Below, one piece after another: positions 19,080 to 27,471 of a stretch of 64,000 nucleotides of DNA. Origin of the DNA: a virus (Duplodnaviria > Caudoviricetes); IMG/VR virus record IMGVR_UViG_3300031420_000495, positions 96,001 through 160,000 of that record; one strand, 5' to 3'. Positions within the stretch are counted from its first letter, which is position 1. Every line of letters starts with the position of its first letter. The notes beneath the pieces are model-generated. The model did no database searches. It was not told the DNA's origin and saw only the letters and a list, made by a program, of their open reading frames with translations. The position numbers and the translations under genes were made by a program.

Positions 19080-19301
19080 TTAAGAGTATGCGCCTACGCA
19101 TTGCCCGCTGACACGCGCAGAAGCTTTTAGCTCTTCTACAATGTACTCAGCATGTTCGAAGCTGAGTGCATAAATGTAGGTGCTAAATTTCCCATCTGCT
19201 GTATCGTAGTCAACAGAAAATAGATTCCATGTGCGCCCGTCAACTTTAACTGACAATGGTTGTGGAATTCCAGGCAATTTGTTAGGTTCGTTAGTATCCA
19301 C
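19080..19301 (-). CDS. Hypothetical protein (AT-richer than neighbours)
   Basis: GTG start, MDTNEPNK.. Confidence 0.5.
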   Translation of the reverse strand: MDTNEPNKLPGIPQPLSVKVDGRTWNLFSVDYDTADGKFSTYIYALSFEHAEYIVEELKASARVSGQCVGAYS

Positions 19302-19911
19302 GTACAGCTTTCGAAATCCAGTGGTAAGATTCTTCCACGCGGTCTTCAACCGACAGGGACTTGATCTTCTTGTAGGGTATGTTGCGTGGATGCACTTCTT
19401 CGAAGAAGCGATCCATCTGCGTAGAGACGAAATCAATGTGTCGTTGATCAGCGCGATGTGGGTCCGCCTGGAATCGAACGTGCGGCATTGATGGCAGGAT
19501 CAAATTGCCGGAATACACTTTCTGATTTTCAGAGCAGAGTTTGACGTAGTCCATGAGGAAACGGATTGCTTCACCCAGTTCCCATTTGCCGGAGTCGACC
19601 AGCTCCCACGTCCAAAGTTGTGTGTAGGTAACGATGTCTGCGAATGTGCGCTCGGTCATGATGATGTCCACATCCTTGCGCTCGATGTTTTCCAGTTCGC
19701 GAACGTACTTGACGTCTCGCACTTTTGCCTGGAAAGCCATCATCGTTTCTGGGCTTTCCATCACATTCGACAGCGAGTCCCAGCCAAGTTGTTTTTGTAC
19801 TTCGCGGGAGACTTTGAAATCGTCCACGACGATTCCTTTGTCTTTCAACCCTTCAAGGAGTGTTGTCTTGCCACCACCCTGTGGACCGCTTAATCCGATC
19901 AGTCTAGCCAT
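19291..19911 (-). CDS. P-loop nucleotide kinase (thymidylate/dNMP kinase-like)
   Basis: GPQGGGKTT and IMTERT motifs. Confidence 0.75.
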   Translation of the reverse strand: MARLIGLSGPQGGGKTTLLEGLKDKGIVVDDFKVSREVQKQLGWDSLSNVMESPETMMAFQAKVRDVKYVRELENIERKDVDIIMTERTFADIVTYTQLWTWELVDSGKWELGEAIRFLMDYVKLCSENQKVYSGNLILPSMPHVRFQADPHRADQRHIDFVSTQMDRFFEEVHPRNIPYKKIKSLSVEDRVEESYHWISKAVRGY

Positions 19912-20293
19912 TGATAATTTTCTTCAGATGTTTCATATCCCTCTCCAGCTCTGATGCTGTGAGGTCCTTTGCGTTGAAGCCGAGTTCGCTGGCAGGAAAC
20001 TGAACGAAGTGATACGTCATCACGGTTCGTGGCTGTTCAGAAAGCAGAATGGGCGAGGTCACCCAAGTATCCTCTGAACGTTGGTTCCGTGTATATTCTA
20101 CGATCATTCTTTCCGTCATGAAACTCGAGATGAAGTCATGGATATTCTGACCACGTTTCAGTGGTGAGATACCCCGCGCAGTTGATTGGATCAAGCGACC
20201 GTCCACTTCCTGAATGCTGGAAGCTACGACCTTGACTAACATTTTCTCTTTCATGTTGACCTTTAGTTGCGCGGACTCAAGTTCTGGTCTCAA
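19904..20293 (-). CDS. Hypothetical protein
   Basis: ORF with a promoter-like region at 20300-20335. Confidence 0.55.
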   Translation of the reverse strand: MRPELESAQLKVNMKEKMLVKVVASSIQEVDGRLIQSTARGISPLKRGQNIHDFISSFMTERMIVEYTRNQRSEDTWVTSPILLSEQPRTVMTYHFVQFPASELGFNAKDLTASELERDMKHLKKIING

Positions 20294-20400
20294 CGCTATG
20301 TTGTTATAATATCACTAATTCCGTGATGCAACAATATTTATTCTGATCAACTTGGCCAAAATCCATAAATATCGTATCAAAATCCCATCGGACCCACCCA

Positions 20401-20937
20401 ATGAGTATCACATTCAAAGCATTTGCCGCAATGCTGGCAGAAGGCAAGCAGACGTATTCCAACGAAGGTTCTTGGAAAGAGGACGCTGAAGAAGCCGGCT
20501 TCAAAGTCAAGAAGCTGTCCGGCGAAGTTGCCGATGGCGATCAGACGTGGGGCGCGTTCGACGAGCACGACAAGAAAGTTGGTGAGTTCACCGAAGCTGA
20601 AGAAGGCGGTTGGCTAATGCTGGAAGGGCGAGTCGACGAACTGTTTGGCATCTTCCGGAACAACGAGAAGAAAGCCGCTGAACGCGAGCAGCTGAAGAAG
20701 GATACGGCTAAGATGGTTGATGACCATCGCAAGCGTCAAGAACTGAAACGCCAACAACAGGCCCAGAAGAACGGCCGTGGTGAGGGTGAAGACGTCGATC
20801 CAGAGGACGACGAAGAAGATGACAAAAAGAAAAAGACGACTTCACAAACCCGAAGCGCATCTACCCGCGGAACCCGGACAACACAATCGGCCGCACAGGG
20901 TCGAGCAGCTGAACGTGATTGGGTGAACAACATGTAA
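20401..20937 (+). CDS. Late, highly charged hypothetical protein
   Basis: TAAATA at about 20365; its own terminator at 20941. Confidence 0.75.
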   Translation: MSITFKAFAAMLAEGKQTYSNEGSWKEDAEEAGFKVKKLSGEVADGDQTWGAFDEHDKKVGEFTEAEEGGWLMLEGRVDELFGIFRNNEKKAAEREQLKKDTAKMVDDHRKRQELKRQQQAQKNGRGEGEDVDPEDDEEDDKKKKTTSQTRSASTRGTRTTQSAAQGRAAERDWVNNM

Positions 20938-20940
20938 AGA

Positions 20941-20964
20941 AAAAGGGACCTCACGGTCCCTTTT
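20941..20964. terminator. Bidirectional intrinsic terminator
   Basis: AAAAGGGACC-TCAC-GGTCCCTTTT between convergent genes. Confidence 0.85.
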
Positions 20965-20992
20965 CTTATTTGTCAGCTAATGCTATAATTTT
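20959..20992 (+). repeat. Terminator-adjacent repeat, copy 2
   Basis: 34 bp identical (reverse complement) to 56317-56350. Confidence 0.85.
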
Positions 20993-20997
20993 TGCGT

Positions 20998-21405
20998 TTA
21001 CAGCAGCCGGTTGCAGCGCACCATCTCGTAGTGACAGCGAGTAACGATGTCGATTGAATACGCGGTGACATCGATTTTTTCCCGATGGAAAAACCAATAC
21101 ATTGCGTCCATGCTTGCATGCAAGTCTGCCAGAAGAAATTCTTCGACACCGCGTCTACCGAGCACGCGTTCCTCTCCCTTCTTCCATCGACCGATTTCGT
21201 CCACCAGCATACGTGGAATCGATCCCAGGTCTTTCACTGATTGTTTCAGTTCCCGATGCTTCAGCTCGATCGCTTTCGATACGGCGGGATTCCGGGTTGC
21301 ATACAGCTGTGCCGCTTCGAGTAGAATGTTGACTTGTGACAACATAGTCAACATCGCCCGTTCAGCCTGATTGATCAGGCTCTCGCGCATATCCGTGTCG
21401 TCCAT
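20998..21405 (-). CDS. Hypothetical protein
   Basis: GGAG RBS; TAAATA at about 21433. Confidence 0.65.
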   Translation of the reverse strand: MDDTDMRESLINQAERAMLTMLSQVNILLEAAQLYATRNPAVSKAIELKHRELKQSVKDLGSIPRMLVDEIGRWKKGEERVLGRRGVEEFLLADLHASMDAMYWFFHREKIDVTAYSIDIVTRCHYEMVRCNRLL

Positions 21406-21440
21406 GATTTCTCCAGTTACTTAGATGGAGACTATTTACC

Positions 21441-21605
21441 TTAGTTTCGCGGCCAGAACTTGTGGACGTAGAAGACGATCGTGGCGATGACGATACCCGT
21501 GATGATGATCGACAGGATCGCAGCGACCTTGACGACGGCGAAGAAGATCGCCAACGCAACTGCTGTTGCCAGCAGAGCGTAGAATGTGATTTTCAGCTTT
21601 TCCAT
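21441..21605 (-). CDS. Small membrane protein (not in ORF track)
   Basis: Manual translation MEKLKITFYALLATAVALAIFFAVVKVAAILSIIITGIVIATIVFYVHKFWPRN. Confidence 0.65.
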   Translation of the reverse strand: MEKLKITFYALLATAVALAIFFAVVKVAAILSIIITGIVIATIVFYVHKFWPRN

Positions 21606-21608
21606 GTT

Positions 21609-22448
21609 TTACCCTTTGTTGTTGAAGCGCGAACGCTCTTGCATCCGTTCCTCGAGTGTCAGGTGCCGGCCAGTGCGTTCGGTGTAGTCCGCGGCCGGAT
21701 CGTAGTGGGTCGTCTGCTCGATGCTGGACTTGCGGCCGATTGCAGTGGCTCGCATTGTATCCATTTCGTGAATGACTTCTTCTTCTTCCTCGGCGCTGTA
21801 TTTGCCGTATTCATCGTCAGGCACACCGAACCGGGTGTTGACGTACGAGATGACGTGCTGCACAGTGAAGAGGCGTTCAGCATCGCGATCCGAGATTTCG
21901 AACTCGAACTCGTCTTCGACGGCCATGCACAGCTCGACCAGGTCCAGCGAGTCGGCGCCGAGGTCTTCCACTAGTCGCGCATCACGCACGACATCGCTTC
22001 GTGCCAGGCCAAGTTGCTCCTGGATGATCTTCATGCATCGTTGCGTGATGTCATGAGATTCGCCAGTCGGTTTGGCAGTTTCGGATGCGGTCTCGTCTTC
22101 TTGGGCCTGTGCTGCGATGCGAGCTTGGTCGCCGCTCTGCACCGTAGCCCACTTCGAGTTCTTGCGTTCGAACTCGGACAGGAACAGTTCCAGCACTTGC
22201 TTCTTGGAAAGTTCCGGATGCGCGTCGACCAGGATGGCCAGTGCACATTGTACCACGTCGGCGACTTCGCCGGACAGCGGTTCCTTCATCACTTTGTGCG
22301 TGATGTAGCCTTGATGGATGTTGACACACTCGGCGAGTTCGCCGACTTCTTCCATCAGCTTGCCCAGCTTGGCGCCGAGTGGTTTGATGTCGGTACCGGA
22401 CAGACGATGGACATCGCCGAATGATTGTGCGAACGTTTGTGTTTTCAT
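21609..22448 (-). CDS. MazG-like NTP pyrophosphohydrolase fused to acyl carrier protein (ACP)
   Basis: KLMEEVGELAE..EVADV (MazG); IIQEQLG..LVEDLGADSLDLVELCMAVEDEFEFEISDRDAERLFTVQHVISYV (ACP, DSL serine). Confidence 0.9.
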   Translation of the reverse strand: MKTQTFAQSFGDVHRLSGTDIKPLGAKLGKLMEEVGELAECVNIHQGYITHKVMKEPLSGEVADVVQCALAILVDAHPELSKKQVLELFLSEFERKNSKWATVQSGDQARIAAQAQEDETASETAKPTGESHDITQRCMKIIQEQLGLARSDVVRDARLVEDLGADSLDLVELCMAVEDEFEFEISDRDAERLFTVQHVISYVNTRFGVPDDEYGKYSAEEEEEVIHEMDTMRATAIGRKSSIEQTTHYDPAADYTERTGRHLTLEERMQERSRFNNKG

Positions 22449-22684
22449 AGTTGTCGTGTTTTGTTTTGAATGTCGTAGACGACCCGCATCAGTTCATAAT
22501 GCTGGTTGGTTTGAATGTTGTGGATCGTCACTTGATTGCCCTTCAGCTGCAGCAGCATCCAGTGGATCGCGAATACGATCAGCATGATTCCGACGAATCC
22601 GATGACGGCAATGCCGACTCCGGAAATCAGATAGATGACGTACGCGAGCAGTGCTGCGCCGACGGTTGCGGGTATGAATGGCAT
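22445..22684 (-). CDS. Membrane protein
   Basis: Two TM helices. Confidence 0.6.
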   Translation of the reverse strand: MPFIPATVGAALLAYVIYLISGVGIAVIGFVGIMLIVFAIHWMLLQLKGNQVTIHNIQTNQHYELMRVVYDIQNKTRQL

Positions 22685-22881
22685 TAGTACTCCGTGCGGT
22701 GGACAAGTTCGCCCGAGGGCTCGCCATGTGCGTTGACCATCGAAATCAGGCAGACTGCCATTTTACGTGGGTTTTCCAGTTTGTTCTGCAACATCTCAGT
22801 CAGGAGCTTGATGTGCTTAGCGACTTCTGCGTTCGACGAATATTCGATGACAACCGACTTACCGTTGGGAATGACGTTCAT
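22684..22881 (-). CDS. Hypothetical protein
   Basis: Coupled ORF. Confidence 0.55.
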   Translation of the reverse strand: MNVIPNGKSVVIEYSSNAEVAKHIKLLTEMLQNKLENPRKMAVCLISMVNAHGEPSGELVHRTEY

Positions 22882-23099
22882 TTGGTTTCGTCCTGTTCGT
22901 TGTTCAGCGCGTCGATGTGCACGCGCAGCATGTGGTTCGGCATTGATGGTGTCGGCGGCGGTTCATTGCCGGTCAGGTCTTTGACGAAGCCCTTCGGGCT
23001 GGTCATGTAGTTGATCACGACGAACATGCCGAGCAGCAGGCCGAAGATAATTGCGAGGATGACGCCGATCACGATTGCGATGATGGTTCCGAGACTCAT
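22878..23099 (-). CDS. Membrane protein
   Basis: N-terminal TM helix. Confidence 0.65.
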   Translation of the reverse strand: MSLGTIIAIVIGVILAIIFGLLLGMFVVINYMTSPKGFVKDLTGNEPPPTPSMPNHMLRVHIDALNNEQDETK

Positions 23100-23108
23100 G
23101 GGATTTCC

Positions 23109-23426
23109 TTAGGTGTTGAAGATGATGACAGACACGCCGCGCAGCTTTTCATCTTGCCAGACAACGTGTTGATGAGGGACGAAGCGCCACATACGAACAT
23201 CGCCATCTGCCTCGCGTTCAGTGTGATCCAGAACGAAAGGAACTTCCCGGCCGGTCCGGTCCGACACCATCACAAAACCTTCTCCGCCTTCGTCATGCCA
23301 CAACTGGTCGAAAGCGTTCTTGTTTGCGTGGGAAAGTTGAGACTGGTCAGCGAAGAATGTTCTGGTCTTTGCACCGTAACTGAACATGTTGCTGTTGATG
23401 CGATTCGCGATTGCTTGGCTTTTCAT
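23109..23426 (-). CDS. Hypothetical protein
   Basis: GGAG RBS. Confidence 0.65.
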   Translation of the reverse strand: MKSQAIANRINSNMFSYGAKTRTFFADQSQLSHANKNAFDQLWHDEGGEGFVMVSDRTGREVPFVLDHTEREADGDVRMWRFVPHQHVVWQDEKLRGVSVIIFNT

Positions 23427-23437
23427 GATGGCTCCGA

Positions 23438-23671
23438 TCAGATCAACGTGAGGTCAGCAGCATCGACTGCAGTGCCCATGTCCTTGAACACTGCATCCGG
23501 CAGCTTGCGATGATCGCACATCACGCTTACCAGATTCATGTCTTCGATGACGCCGGTCACGGTTGCGGTAACAACCTTGCCAGCCATATTTTCGCAGCGA
23601 GCAGCTTTGCCGCGAATTTTGAACTTGACACGTTGACCTACCTTGCATTCTGCGAGCGTTGCCATCTTCAT
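23438..23671 (-). CDS. Small SH3/KOW-like hypothetical protein
   Basis: CKVGQRVKFK beta-barrel pattern; first gene after the promoter at 23696. Confidence 0.6.
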   Translation of the reverse strand: MKMATLAECKVGQRVKFKIRGKAARCENMAGKVVTATVTGVIEDMNLVSVMCDHRKLPDAVFKDMGTAVDAADLTLI

Positions 23672-23695
23672 CTCCGTTGATCAGTTGATGTAGAG

Positions 23696-23724
23696 ATTAT
23701 ACCCGCATCACTCCAATATGCACA
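23696..23724 (-). promoter_or_regulatory. Promoter TGTGCA-N17-TATAAT
   Basis: Read directly. Confidence 0.78.
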
Positions 23725-23733
23725 GCACTTTAA

Positions 23734-23901
23734 TCAAAGGAATCGCTTGTAGTACGCTTCGAACATCTTGTCAAGTTCCATCAGCAAGCGGTCGTACTGA
23801 TCGGGCTTACCGCGGAAAGATTTCCGACGAACACGAATGGCTTCGTAATCTACCAGCATCAGCTTGTAGAGTTCTTCTCCCAGTGCTTCACGATTAGTCA
23901 T
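23734..23901 (-). CDS. Hypothetical protein
   Basis: Likely start MTNREAL. Confidence 0.55.
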   Translation of the reverse strand: MTNREALGEELYKLMLVDYEAIRVRRKSFRGKPDQYDRLLMELDKMFEAYYKRFL

Positions 23902-24244
23902 TATGCACCAGTCTTTCATCGAAGTAAGAATTGCTTCGCGCCTTCCAATCTTCCGGCACCTCGTCGATGTCGACCCATGCGGCATCGCTTTCTTCCAGGA
24001 AACCTTCAAAGAAGTAGACGTTTGCTGAACGTTCCTCGAGTTGCCGAAGCGTCAGCACCTTGGCGTAGTACGCTTCGAGGATTGCTGGTTCAACTTCGAA
24101 GATTATCCACGTGTGGACAGTGCGTGCGTCGTTGACGTCGACCCATTTCACGAGATAGGTTTTGTCTTTGTGTTCCATGACGGACAGCAGCGGGCCGTCA
24201 TACCAGATCAGGTCACGAATGTGTTTTGCGTCTGCGAAGTTCAT
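23894..24244 (-). CDS. Hypothetical protein
   Basis: LIWYDGPLLS.. ORF. Confidence 0.65.
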   Translation of the reverse strand: MNFADAKHIRDLIWYDGPLLSVMEHKDKTYLVKWVDVNDARTVHTWIIFEVEPAILEAYYAKVLTLRQLEERSANVYFFEGFLEESDAAWVDIDEVPEDWKARSNSYFDERLVHND

Positions 24245-24458
24245 TGATTTTTCCTATGAGCCAACCGATTAACAAACCAGCGAGCACGATTGTGTTGAGC
24301 CCTGGCATCAGGGCAATAAAGCCGAATGGCGCAAGGTATCTCGGAAGTCTCCAGTTGTTCTCACGCGTTTCGTATATGATACCACTTAGTATGGCCAAGA
24401 AGGAAATCAAATACGCGATCACAAACCACATGCTGTCCCTATAAAAAGAGACTCGCAC
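24213..24458 (-). CDS. Membrane protein
   Basis: Two TM helices; start uncertain. Confidence 0.55.
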   Translation of the reverse strand: MRVSFYRDSMWFVIAYLISFLAILSGIIYETRENNWRLPRYLAPFGFIALMPGLNTIVLAGLLIGWLIGKINELRRRKTHS

Positions 24459-24475
24459 CTTTCGATGCGAGTCTC
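24448..24475 (-). terminator. Intrinsic terminator
   Basis: GAGACTCGCA..TGCGAGTCTC followed by T5 on the minus strand. Confidence 0.8.
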
Positions 24476-24491
24476 GACGTTGACAGCTTAT

Positions 24492-26003
24492 TTAGGCGAT
24501 GTTGGCCAGTGCGATACGCTTCCAGATACGTTCTTCACGACCGCTGTTTGCGACTTGCACGATGTTCAGCAGCGAGCGAGTCGTGATTTCGTTGGCCATG
24601 TCGCGGTTCTCGTACAAGAAATCGTAGGCTTTCTGCTTGACTTCCATCGAGACACCCGGAGCAAAATCATCGCTCGGCAAAATCTGACGCATACGCTCGA
24701 ACGTTTCTTCGATCGTCAGCTCGATGTCAGCACGCAGCGAGCGGCTGATCAGCGGTTGCGGGAATTCTTCCGACGACACGTTCGAGATGAAGATCACGCG
24801 GCCTTCGAACAAGAAGCGCTTCGGCAGTCCGCTGTTGTCGGTGCCTTCGACATTCCACGTGATCCAACGATCTTCATCGCTGTCCAGTGCTGCTTTCAGA
24901 ATGTTCGCGCCGACTTCGTTTTTCCACGCTGCATCACAGTCATCGAGCACGACCAGCTTGCGGCGGTTTTCGAACAGCATGCGGAACAGGCCCTTTGCCG
25001 ACGAATAGCCTTTCACATAGTGGTAGTCGCCGTCAAGTTCCGGAGCCAACTGCATGTCGGTCGTGTCCATGGTGTGATACCGTTCTGCCGGAATCTGGAA
25101 CACGGTCTTCATGATCTTGCACCATTCTTTACCGTGGCCAGCTTTCACTTTCAGCGATTTAGGGAAGAGGATCGACTGAATGTGGTGGGCCATTTCGTGC
25201 GGCACGACGATGTCGTAGTATTCTTCCGGATTCTGCACAGCCAGCTTGATGTTGAACTCGTACTTGTTCAGGCCAGTCGTGAAGCGGCCGCCGCAGACGC
25301 GATCGCTCAGTTCTTTCGAAGTGTGCAGGCTCGTGAAGTCGACCTTGCTCCAGGTCAGCTCCAGTTCGTCTTCTTCTTCGTCGTCTTCATCATCTTCCAG
25401 CTCAGGCACGTCTTTCTTTTTCAGAGGCTTGATCGGCGGATGTTCTTTGTAGTATGCTTCAGCTTGACGCTTGCATTCTTTCATGCGACGCAGAATGTTG
25501 TCGGCGACGACTTGTTCTTCCGGCGTCAACGTGTACGCGATCTTCTCTGCTTCTTCAGTCGACAGCAGACCACGTTCTTTGAGTTTTTGTTTGGTGTGGA
25601 AGGTTTTGCCGAGCGAGCCGTCGCCGGTGATAATCAGCGAACGAATGCCGCTGTCAACGTCCGCGACCAGATCGACGCATTCGTCGAGCAGTTCGTAACG
25701 TTCAGCAACCGGCAGCAGATTGTTCGGCTTCAGACGAACACGCTCGCCAGCCACGAACTTCGGCGACGGAGCGAAGTTTGCCGGAGCGCCGACAGCAGGT
25801 TTCTTCGGTTCAGCAGCGGGGACGTTGTCGAAGTCGGTCACGCCGAGTTCAAGAGCACGGGCGCATTCGCCAGTGCGGAGACGTTTGATAACGTACTTGC
25901 GCGAGTTCGGACCGCCTTTGGATGCGATCAGAGTTTCGCCTTCATACTGAGCAGACCAAGTCGAGGTGGCTTCGTCGTAGCAGAGAGTAGCAAGTTTCGT
26001 CAT
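24492..26003 (-). CDS. AAA+ ATPase with an inserted SprT-like zinc metalloprotease domain
   Basis: Walker A GDGSLGKT; VVPHEMAHH..GHGKEWCKIM (SprT); Walker B LVVLDDCD; FEGRVIFISN; SRS arginine finger. Confidence 0.85.
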   Translation of the reverse strand: MTKLATLCYDEATSTWSAQYEGETLIASKGGPNSRKYVIKRLRTGECARALELGVTDFDNVPAAEPKKPAVGAPANFAPSPKFVAGERVRLKPNNLLPVAERYELLDECVDLVADVDSGIRSLIITGDGSLGKTFHTKQKLKERGLLSTEEAEKIAYTLTPEEQVVADNILRRMKECKRQAEAYYKEHPPIKPLKKKDVPELEDDEDDEEEDELELTWSKVDFTSLHTSKELSDRVCGGRFTTGLNKYEFNIKLAVQNPEEYYDIVVPHEMAHHIQSILFPKSLKVKAGHGKEWCKIMKTVFQIPAERYHTMDTTDMQLAPELDGDYHYVKGYSSAKGLFRMLFENRRKLVVLDDCDAAWKNEVGANILKAALDSDEDRWITWNVEGTDNSGLPKRFLFEGRVIFISNVSSEEFPQPLISRSLRADIELTIEETFERMRQILPSDDFAPGVSMEVKQKAYDFLYENRDMANEITTRSLLNIVQVANSGREERIWKRIALANIA

Positions 26004-26036
26004 TTTCGTGTTCCTAGTTGTTTAGCCGATGTAAAG

Positions 26037-26065
26037 ATTATACACGCGACTGCGCAATAAGCACA
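26037..26065 (-). promoter_or_regulatory. Promoter TGTGCT-N17-TATAAT
   Basis: Read directly. Confidence 0.78.
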
Positions 26066-26092
26066 CGCTTCTTTTACTACTTCTTCCGCTTT

Positions 26093-26224
26093 TTAGCGGT
26101 GCATGAAATAAGTTAGTATTATGTTAACTATGCCAAGTGCCACCCAAAATATCCATTTGTATCCGCCTTCAGTTTCACGCGACTCGTCCGCCACAAATGC
26201 GGTCAAGACAACCAGCGCGAACAT
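26093..26224 (-). CDS. Small membrane protein (not in ORF track)
   Basis: Manual translation MFALVVLTAFVADESRETEGGYKWIFWVALGIVNIILTYFMHR. Confidence 0.5.
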   Translation of the reverse strand: MFALVVLTAFVADESRETEGGYKWIFWVALGIVNIILTYFMHR

Positions 26225-26237
26225 GGCGCCAAGCACA

Positions 26238-26636
26238 TCAGTCTTTCACACGCGCGATGGTGACGTCGAGGTCTTCGTTTACAAGCGTGGCTTTTTCACG
26301 ATAGAATTCGATTACACCTTTTCGTGCGAGGTCTTCGAACGTCAACAGTATGATGGTGTTCGACATTCGTTTTTCAACACCGCCGTCCAGCGTTCCGCCT
26401 TCGGCTTGAAGCAGCATGCACGACAACACGAGCAGCACATCGAAGTCTTCAGGCGTATCAGTGCCTGCGACGACCTTTGCGCCGCGCATTGCCAAATCAT
26501 CAAGATCGGCTTGCGGCAGTTCTTTCAAGAACGAACCAACATCGAGATATTGATGTTCCATCAACTTTGCCGCGGCAGCACGAAGCACTGCAGGATACTT
26601 TGAATCAACTACAGCTTGGAAACTGACAGCGTGCAT
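26238..26636 (-). CDS. Hypothetical protein
   Basis: TAATG-coupled start MHAVSF. Confidence 0.65.
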   Translation of the reverse strand: MHAVSFQAVVDSKYPAVLRAAAAKLMEHQYLDVGSFLKELPQADLDDLAMRGAKVVAGTDTPEDFDVLLVLSCMLLQAEGGTLDGGVEKRMSNTIILLTFEDLARKGVIEFYREKATLVNEDLDVTIARVKD

Positions 26637-27082
26637 TATGAAACTTTCGTGTTGACCCAAGTAATGATTGCTTGACGCAACAATGGCTTGAGGTCCTGTT
26701 TCGAAAATGTGACATCCGGATCGAACGCAATGTCACCAGCGAATGTTGAGTTTGCTGCACCTGAACCGAGCAGCGCATCCATCAAATCCAGCGTTGCATA
26801 GTCGAGTGCTTCGTCGAATCCAATGTGGGTCAGCTCTTCAAGCTTTCCTTCTTGCAATGCACACTGAGTTGCAAGCGCAGCAGCTTCAAGCTGAAGATTC
26901 CCGTAGGAATGTTCCAGACTTTCAACTTTGCCCATGAAGTGCAGCACAGTATCTTCAACCTGAGATACGATTTCAGGCAGGTCGTTTGCAGGTGTGACAA
27001 AGCCATCTGAAGCAGCTTCGATGATTCCGCGAAGACGTTCGCGTTGGATTTGATCTTCGTTCTGGCGACTGACGATACGCAT
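26636..27082 (-). CDS. Hypothetical late protein
   Basis: GGAGG RBS; TAAATA at about 27113. Confidence 0.7.
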   Translation of the reverse strand: MRIVSRQNEDQIQRERLRGIIEAASDGFVTPANDLPEIVSQVEDTVLHFMGKVESLEHSYGNLQLEAAALATQCALQEGKLEELTHIGFDEALDYATLDLMDALLGSGAANSTFAGDIAFDPDVTFSKQDLKPLLRQAIITWVNTKVS

Positions 27083-27114
27083 GTCACACCTCCTACAAAA
27101 TGTCGATGATTTAT

Positions 27115-27402
27115 TTATTCATCTTCATCGTCGTCGGTTCCTTCTGGAATGAAGCCGACCGACGGCTTGGTATTCGGCGGGCAGTTTGCGAGTAGGTCCG
27201 CGAGTTCAGACGGATCAACGTCCGCCGGATCGACGGCCGGAAACTTGTCAATGAAGTCGAAGTCTTCGAGACTTCCTCGGAAGCCGTTGCCAGCGTACGA
27301 GACTTGGCCCTGGTTATTGCGCGTTACGATCAGGTACTCGTTCAGGCCTTCGTTCAGATACACTTGGCCAGCTTGAATGAGTGGTGCGCGGTTGGAAAGC
27401 AT
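27115..27402 (-). CDS. Hypothetical protein
   Basis: TTGCAA-17-TATAAT promoter upstream. Confidence 0.65.
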   Translation of the reverse strand: MLSNRAPLIQAGQVYLNEGLNEYLIVTRNNQGQVSYAGNGFRGSLEDFDFIDKFPAVDPADVDPSELADLLANCPPNTKPSVGFIPEGTDDDEDE

Positions 27403-27471
27403 TTGAAACTCCGTGGTAAAGGTTTGATACGTAACCTGATTATACCACGGAGACTACGCAATTGCAAAGTC

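Noticed and set aside
19080-19436. 118 aa ORF as given in the track
   Set aside because: Its 5' third overlaps the kinase gene; a shorter GTG-started ORF (19080-19301) is more plausible
24465-26060. 531 aa plus-strand ORF
   Set aside because: Exact antisense overlap of the AAA-SprT gene
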